A program made the translations under genes and the position numbers. Below the pieces are notes generated by a model. The model saw only the letters and a list, made by a program, of their open reading frames with translations, searched no databases and had not been told where the DNA came from. Positions 58,136-64,000 of a DNA stretch of 64,000 bases are shown one piece after another. Source of the stretch: Micavibrio sp. Lineage in GTDB: Bacteria; Patescibacteriota; Minisyncoccia; Moranbacterales; GCA-2747515. The DNA is taken from contig DYDB01000005.1 of assembly GCA_020718085.1 (NCBI GenBank), positions 4,109-68,108 on the forward strand, in the 5' to 3' direction. Within the stretch, counting starts at the first letter, position 1, and the number at the start of each line of letters is the position of its first letter.

Positions 58136-60766
58136 ATGAAAAACATGTATTCGCGCTATAATACACGCACGCAGCCCTATCGCCGTGAGCAATATACTGC
58201 CACTAAAAAGGGCGCCCTTTTACGCTTGTGGCAAAAGATCACAAAATTTTTTACCGTTAAAAAATCACTGTCCTCTCAAAACAAACGAGGTTCACGTGAC
58301 ATCCGTTCGCGAATGTTCCTTTTTTTGAGATTTTTTGGCACTCTCTGTGCTATTGGATTTCTCTTTGTCATTGGTATATTTGCATATTTTGCCAAAGATC
58401 TGCCAGAACCTGGAAAGATCAATGCCCGTTCAATTGATGAAAGCACAAAGATCTACGACCGCACAGGCACAGTACTTCTCTATGATATTCATGGTGAGGA
58501 AAAGCGCACCCTCATTCCACAAGAAGAAATCCCTCTCGTAGTCAAACAGGCAACGATTGCACTGGAAGATCGGAATTTTTATCATCATCCAGGATTTGAT
58601 GTAAAAGGTGTGATCAACGCCGTAATTTCAAATATTTTCAATATTGGTGCGGGTCGCGGCGGTTCCACAATCACACAACAATTTGTAAAAAATTCGATTC
58701 TCACTGATGAGCGCAGTGTTACTCGCAAGATTAAGGAACTTATTCTCGCTGTAGAAATCGAGCTGAGATTCTCCAAAGATGAAATATTGGGAATGTATCT
58801 CAATGAAATTCCTTACGGATCCAATGCATACGGCATTGAAGCGGCATCGCAAACATTCTTCAACAAGCATGCAAAAGATCTAACGTTGGATGAAGCAACA
58901 ATTCTTGCCTCCTTACCACAGGCACCTTCTCGCTATTCGCCCTATGGTTCATACATAGATCGATTGAAAATCCGCCAAGAATATGCCCTTGATCAAATGG
59001 CGGATCTTGGATATATCAGTGCAGATGCTGCAAAAAGCGCAAAAGAGACAAATGTTTTTGCAAAACTTGCCAAGAATTCGGAAAATATCAAAGCTCCCCA
59101 TTTTGTCATGTATGTACGTGATTATCTTGAAGAACAATATGGCACAGAACTTCTCGAAAAAGAAGGCCTTAGAGTGATCACCACGCTCGATTGGGATAAA
59201 CAACAAATTGCTGAGAAGATCGTTCACGATAAAGCAATAGAAAATGAAGAAAAATATGATGCCGAAAATGCTGCACTCGTAGCCGTGGATCCGCAAAATG
59301 GTGATGTAATTACCATGGTGGGCTCACGTGATTATTTTGATGAAAAAATTGATGGTCAAGTAAATGTCGCCATCCGTGACAGACAGCCAGGATCCTCCTT
59401 CAAACCCTATGCCTATCTTTATGCATTTAAAAAAGGTTACACACCAGAGACCATTCTCTTCGATGTTGAAACAAACTTTGGCGTTGATGGAGCTGAGGAC
59501 TATGTTCCACAAAATTACGATGGCACATTTCGCGGTCCAGTAAAAATGAAAGATGCGCTTGCAATGTCATTGAATATTCCTGCCGTTAAAACATTATATT
59601 TAGCAAATCCAGAAGAGGTTATTACGTTTGCAAAACAACTTGGCATTACAAGTCTACAAGACCCAAAGCGCTATGGGCTATCTCTTGTGCTTGGGGGTGG
59701 CGAAGTTAAGCTCCTTGATCATACAGCTGCATTTTCTGTACTTGCCAACAATGGTATAAAGCATGAAAAACGCGCTGTGCTTAGCATTACTGATAAAAAT
59801 GGAGAAAAAATCTTCGAGGCGCAAACTACTGAGGGGGAACGTGTAATTGATGAAAAATATGTTGCCATGCTTTCTCACATTCTCTCAACTAATAAATATC
59901 GTGTTCCAACGTTCGGTGAAAACAGTGTTTTAAAATTCGATGATCGCCCAGTTGCAGCAAAAACCGGTACCACAAATCAAAATCGTGATGCTTGGGTAAT
60001 GGGTTATACGCCAGATATTGCCGTAGGTATATGGAGTGGAAATAACGACAATTCTTCTATGAGTAGTTATGGCGCTGGCGTTAGTGCATCAGGTCCAATA
60101 TTTCGTGATTTTATCGTACAAGCTTATCCAGATCCATCTGGTAAGGAATTTCCAAAATACGACAAGGATGAAAACAAGACAAACAAGGACATCCTTGACG
60201 GTGAGCTTCCTGACATGGAAAAAGTTGAGATATGTGAAATTCCTGGAGAGGATGACAAATATTGTAAAGCAAATAAATATTGTCCGGACAGTAAAAAGGA
60301 TAAGATTCTTTTTGCTGACATCCACAACATTCTCTATTATGTTTCCAAGGATGATCCTCGTGGCGATAAGCCTGAAAATCCAAAATCTGATCCTCAGTTC
60401 AAAAATTGGGAAAAAGGTGTCAAAAAATATTACACAGACAAAGATAAAGATGCGATCTTTGATGAAATTCCCGAGGATTGCAAAGAGGAAGATTTTGAAG
60501 ATCTTACGGCAGAAATCTCCCTATCTGTTCCAGATTCAATTGATTCCGACAAACTCACTATCAAAGTTGACCCAAAAACAGACTATGAGATCGAAAAGAT
60601 CGAATATTACATTGAAGGAGACAGGAAAGCAGAAACAAAGGATGAAAAATATGAATATTCCATTCCGTCAAGTCAAAATAATTCCACAATTACTGTTGAG
60701 GTAATTCTTACAGATTCTGCAGGCAACACAGCTTCTGCAAAAAAATCCGTATCCGTAGCTTACTAA
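58136..60766 (+). CDS. Class A penicillin-binding protein (bifunctional transglycosylase/transpeptidase) with a C-terminal extension
   Basis: GT51 motif 'IALEDRNFYHHPGFD'. TM anchor. Transpeptidase motifs 'SSFKP' and 'KTGT'. Confidence 0.9.
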   Translation: MKNMYSRYNTRTQPYRREQYTATKKGALLRLWQKITKFFTVKKSLSSQNKRGSRDIRSRMFLFLRFFGTLCAIGFLFVIGIFAYFAKDLPEPGKINARSIDESTKIYDRTGTVLLYDIHGEEKRTLIPQEEIPLVVKQATIALEDRNFYHHPGFDVKGVINAVISNIFNIGAGRGGSTITQQFVKNSILTDERSVTRKIKELILAVEIELRFSKDEILGMYLNEIPYGSNAYGIEAASQTFFNKHAKDLTLDEATILASLPQAPSRYSPYGSYIDRLKIRQEYALDQMADLGYISADAAKSAKETNVFAKLAKNSENIKAPHFVMYVRDYLEEQYGTELLEKEGLRVITTLDWDKQQIAEKIVHDKAIENEEKYDAENAALVAVDPQNGDVITMVGSRDYFDEKIDGQVNVAIRDRQPGSSFKPYAYLYAFKKGYTPETILFDVETNFGVDGAEDYVPQNYDGTFRGPVKMKDALAMSLNIPAVKTLYLANPEEVITFAKQLGITSLQDPKRYGLSLVLGGGEVKLLDHTAAFSVLANNGIKHEKRAVLSITDKNGEKIFEAQTTEGERVIDEKYVAMLSHILSTNKYRVPTFGENSVLKFDDRPVAAKTGTTNQNRDAWVMGYTPDIAVGIWSGNNDNSSMSSYGAGVSASGPIFRDFIVQAYPDPSGKEFPKYDKDENKTNKDILDGELPDMEKVEICEIPGEDDKYCKANKYCPDSKKDKILFADIHNILYYVSKDDPRGDKPENPKSDPQFKNWEKGVKKYYTDKDKDAIFDEIPEDCKEEDFEDLTAEISLSVPDSIDSDKLTIKVDPKTDYEIEKIEYYIEGDRKAETKDEKYEYSIPSSQNNSTITVEVILTDSAGNTASAKKSVSVAY

Positions 60767-60780
60767 AAAAAATCGCCATC

Positions 60781-61086
60781 TTATGTGGCGATTTTTATCA
60801 TTTTTACAACCTTACGACCAATCTTTTCATTAAGTGCATCTACAAAAAAATCTCGACGAAGCCAGATCTCCTGCGCCCAAATTGCATTGTGGATCGCAAT
60901 GAATATTGTACCATTTTTATATAGTTTTGGAACAATATTTTTTTCACCTTGTCGCCCATATTCCTCACGTACTGCACGTGCAAAGAGATGCATGATCGTT
61001 TGTTCATCAATAACACTGTTTGTTGAGGTGTTTTTTACATGAGCACTTTTTTGCTTTTTTTGAATATATGCATCAATTCCTTTCAT
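60781..61086 (-). CDS. DUF721/DciA-like protein
   Basis: 'NGTIFIAIHNAIWAQEIWLRRDFFVDALNEKIG' matches the DUF721 core pattern G.L.I.V.s.AWaqEL. It lies immediately downstream of dnaN, as is typical. Confidence 0.6.
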   Translation of the reverse strand: MKGIDAYIQKKQKSAHVKNTSTNSVIDEQTIMHLFARAVREEYGRQGEKNIVPKLYKNGTIFIAIHNAIWAQEIWLRRDFFVDALNEKIGRKVVKMIKIAT

Positions 61087-61091
61087 GTATT

Positions 61092-62234
61092 TTATGCACT
61101 TTTTACAGGCATTACGATGTATGTGTATCTTTCCACAATCTCTCCATTTTTATATCCACGAAACATCACTGGTGACGAATTACTGTTGATCATGACACTT
61201 ACCTCCTCCTCATCAATTCGTCCAATACCATCGATAACAAACCGCGGATTAAGCACGATACCTTGCGGCTCTCCTTTTACTTTTACAGATAGTTCAGTTG
61301 TGTTTTCACCAACTTCTTGTTGTCTTGTTGTAATTTTAAGCGTATTTTCATCAATATCCAAATGGATCTCACCACTTTCTCTACCCGTAAAAACCGTTGT
61401 CACTTTCATTGCCTCCATCAGAGCATCTTTTGTAATTACGATGTCTGTAAGTGCACTCTTTGGAATGATCTGTCTATAGTCTGGATACGAACCATCGATC
61501 AATCTTGCCGTTATGGACAAGTCTCCACAGACAAAAAAGAGATGATTTTCTTCAATGCTGCATTGAATTGTGCCATGTTCATCAGAAAGCTTGTGAATAT
61601 ATGCACATAATTGCTGTGGCAAAATAATATTTTGATTATTCTCCGTAACAGATTGGTATTTTTGCATATCTGTTACCAGCTCATGCGCTGGAATACGAAC
61701 CTCTCCCAAGCGAAAACTGTCTGTTGCAGCACTACAGATCTCATCTGCACCAAAAGACATAAAGACGCCCGTTAACTCGATGCGCGTCTCGGTTTTTGAT
61801 GTAAAATGCAATACTTTTGCAATAGATTCCTTGAGTTGTGGCAGAAGAAGCTCAACCATGTTTTGCGCACTACTTTGTGGAATAATGGGAAAATCATCAA
61901 CATCATATCCGTTCACTCTCGCTTTATGTGCACCGCTTTGCAATGTTAATATGCGCCCCTCTACGCTCATAATTATGTGATCAGTGCCACGCAAAGCTGT
62001 AAGAAAATTTCCCAAAAGACTCGCTGAAACAACAATTTTTCCCGGTGCGTCAATTTTTGCCTGAATTCTCTTTACAATGCCTATTTCTAGATTTGTTGCA
62101 GAAAAACAAAGTTGTCCGCCATCCGTCTCGATTAAAATATTATTAAGAATGGACAATGTTGCACTTTTACTCGTAGCAAATTCCGTTGCATGAAGTGCGC
62201 TCTTCAAGTTCTCATAAGTACATGTTGCCTTCAT
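61092..62234 (-). CDS. dnaN: DNA polymerase III beta sliding clamp
   Basis: N-terminus 'MKATCTYENLKSALHATEFATSKSATLSILNNILIE'. Size 380 aa. Follows dnaA. Confidence 0.9.
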   Translation of the reverse strand: MKATCTYENLKSALHATEFATSKSATLSILNNILIETDGGQLCFSATNLEIGIVKRIQAKIDAPGKIVVSASLLGNFLTALRGTDHIIMSVEGRILTLQSGAHKARVNGYDVDDFPIIPQSSAQNMVELLLPQLKESIAKVLHFTSKTETRIELTGVFMSFGADEICSAATDSFRLGEVRIPAHELVTDMQKYQSVTENNQNIILPQQLCAYIHKLSDEHGTIQCSIEENHLFFVCGDLSITARLIDGSYPDYRQIIPKSALTDIVITKDALMEAMKVTTVFTGRESGEIHLDIDENTLKITTRQQEVGENTTELSVKVKGEPQGIVLNPRFVIDGIGRIDEEEVSVMINSNSSPVMFRGYKNGEIVERYTYIVMPVKSA

Positions 62235-62265
62235 ATGTGTGTATTTTATGATAATTTATATATTT

Positions 62266-63720
62266 TTATGCTGAATAAAGCTTTTCACGCAAAAAACCAA
62301 TCTCTTCCTTGAGTCGTTCATTTTCTTTGAGTTCCCTGCTAATTTTTTCATACGCATGCAATGCTGTAGTGTGATCTCGACCACTGAAATACTTACCAAT
62401 ACCAGGATATGACATATTGAGCTCTTTGCGCAAAAGGTACATCGCAACTTGTCGTGGGTATACAACTTCCTTTTTACGTCCTTTTTTTATAAGCTCTTCT
62501 CTATCAATTTCATAAAATTCAGAAATTACGTCGATAACGTTTTTGTTTTGCACGCACCTTTTTTTACTACTCTGAATAATTTCTCCAAGTGCCTGCTCCA
62601 CCATTTGCTGCGTTGGTTCTTTTTTGTGCAGATCACAAATTGCAATTACACGATTTAGAGCACCTTCCAATTCACGTATATTATTTTTAATATTTTCCGA
62701 CATAAATCGCAACACATCATCACTGAGATAAAAACCTTTTTCCATTGCCTTTGTACGTAGAATTGCAATACGTGTTTCCAAATCTGGCTGACTCACATCC
62801 ACGATCATACCCCCTTCAAAACGTGATCTTAAACGCTCTTCCAAGGTGCTAATTGCCTTAGGTGGACGATCACTTGAAATTACTATTTGTTTATTAAGAT
62901 TGTATAAAACATTGAAAATGTGAAAGAATTCTTGTTGTGTTTTTTCTTTTCCGGCCAAAAACTGAACATCATCAATGATCAACAGATCAACAAGTTGATA
63001 ATCTTCCTTGAACTTATCCGCTTTATTATTTTTGATGGCATTGACCAATTCTGCTGTAAATCGCTCAGATGTTGTATATACGATTTTTTTTGTTGCATCA
63101 TTGGAACGTACGTGATTGCCAATCGCTTGCAGAAGATGTGTTTTCCCCAACCCAACCTTTCCATAAATAAAAAGTGGATTATAAATCCTTCCCAGATTTT
63201 CACACACTGCATGACATGCAGCTTTTGCCAGTTCATTATGTTCTCCCACAATAAAATTATCGAATGTATATCGATTATTGAGGTTGAGATTATTTGCAGA
63301 GAGTAATGAGTTTACAGGTGCAGATTTTGATGAGGTGTTCTGATATGTCCTTTTGACATCTGTTTCTTGCACACTTTTCTTTGTTGTGTATTCTCGGCCA
63401 TCAGAAGATTGCTCTTTTTCTTGATCTTTTCTTGCATAAAAAGCACCTTGTTCATTTTTTTGTTCTACTTCTTGCGGGTTATATACGGCACACCCCATAC
63501 TCACGATTGCCGGCATTTCATCACGAAGTGCCTGCAAAATATACGATTGATATTTATTCTCCAACCATTCTTTTGCGAAACCATTTGGAACACCCACAAT
63601 CACATGATTATTTTCAATTGACAAAATTCTGGTATTTTTAAACCATGTACTAAAGTTTGCTTTTGAAATTGACAATTCAATACTGCCAAGCACCGATCTC
63701 CACAAATCTACATTATTCAT
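62266..63720 (-). CDS. dnaA: Chromosomal replication initiator DnaA
   Basis: Walker A 'GKVGLGKTHLLQAIGN'. Box VII/sensor region. The C-terminal HTH 'YPRQVAMYLLRKELNMSYPGIG' is present. Confidence 0.95.
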   Translation of the reverse strand: MNNVDLWRSVLGSIELSISKANFSTWFKNTRILSIENNHVIVGVPNGFAKEWLENKYQSYILQALRDEMPAIVSMGCAVYNPQEVEQKNEQGAFYARKDQEKEQSSDGREYTTKKSVQETDVKRTYQNTSSKSAPVNSLLSANNLNLNNRYTFDNFIVGEHNELAKAACHAVCENLGRIYNPLFIYGKVGLGKTHLLQAIGNHVRSNDATKKIVYTTSERFTAELVNAIKNNKADKFKEDYQLVDLLIIDDVQFLAGKEKTQQEFFHIFNVLYNLNKQIVISSDRPPKAISTLEERLRSRFEGGMIVDVSQPDLETRIAILRTKAMEKGFYLSDDVLRFMSENIKNNIRELEGALNRVIAICDLHKKEPTQQMVEQALGEIIQSSKKRCVQNKNVIDVISEFYEIDREELIKKGRKKEVVYPRQVAMYLLRKELNMSYPGIGKYFSGRDHTTALHAYEKISRELKENERLKEEIGFLREKLYSA

Positions 63721-64000
63721 TACATTTCACTAATCATTTATTACATTGATACAGTTTCCGTGTAAAGAATTACCCCTATTTAATCCTTTTTACCCACAAA
63801 AACATGTGACTTTTTTGTTATCCACATGATATCCCCATATCAGTGAGTGCATTTTGCCACGTGTTCATTAGGAAAATTATAACACCGTTCCCCTATTACA
63901 CAAAATATAGCTAGTTATCCACAGTTTGTGAACAACCTGTGGATAACTAGCTATATTCCCCGATAAGTTTACCTATATAATATTGACTTCTTTCATTTGA
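63721..64000. other. oriC candidate: perfect DnaA boxes TTATCCACA at 63818-63826 and an inverted pair at 63915-63923 / 63938-63946, in an AT-rich region upstream of dnaA
   Basis: Seen directly: 'ctagttatccacagtttgtgaacaacctgtggataactag'. Confidence 0.65.

Noticed and set aside
1-64000. CRISPR arrays and rRNA genes
   Set aside because: No regularly spaced direct repeats with unique spacers were seen. No rRNA-like conserved segments were seen.

Overview
This 64 kb window is an AT-rich bacterial chromosomal segment with short genes and a reduced gene set, which is reminiscent of CPR/Patescibacteria-like genomes, though I cannot confirm the organism. It ends at the replication origin: dnaA, dnaN and a DciA-like DUF721 gene lie on the minus strand, with perfect DnaA boxes (TTATCCACA) upstream of dnaA at 63.7-64.0 kb. 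Recognisable housekeeping genes are infB, cysK, cca, nrdAB, peroxiredoxin, tatD, metG, rsmI, ruvA/ruvB/ruvC, yebC, rpsT, pyrC, a PyrD-like gene, holA, polA, a cyclophilin PPIase, tsaE and PBP1A. Two tRNAs are present: tRNA-Gly(TCC) on the minus strand (7049-7121) and tRNA-Leu(TAG) on the plus strand (15843-15926).

The regions most worth a second look are:
- 51.2-58.0 kb: a 7TM membrane protein, four consecutive RimK-like ATP-grasp ligases (the first fused to a retropepsin-like RimB/DUF785 domain) and a convergent DUF1704/MATCAP-like HExxH metallopeptidase. I read this as a candidate C-terminal peptide-tagging and de-tagging system.
- 1-7.1 kb: an apparent integrated element bounded by tRNA-Gly. 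Its large serine recombinase gene overlaps the tRNA 3' end. The cargo includes an AIPR-like abortive-infection candidate, a PIN-like protein and an iteron-like CCACCATT repeat array.
- 40445-43465: an internally duplicated, 1006-aa double PilB/GspE ATPase with no other pilus genes nearby.
- 11306-11914: a PEP-CTERM protein with no exosortase gene in the window.
- Several smaller features: a four-fold lamin-tail-domain protein, short interspersed palindromic repeats, a tRNA-Leu 3'-end direct repeat, a 29-aa hydrophobic peptide gene, and two GC-rich structured intergenic elements that may be ncRNAs.

No CRISPR array or rRNA was found.
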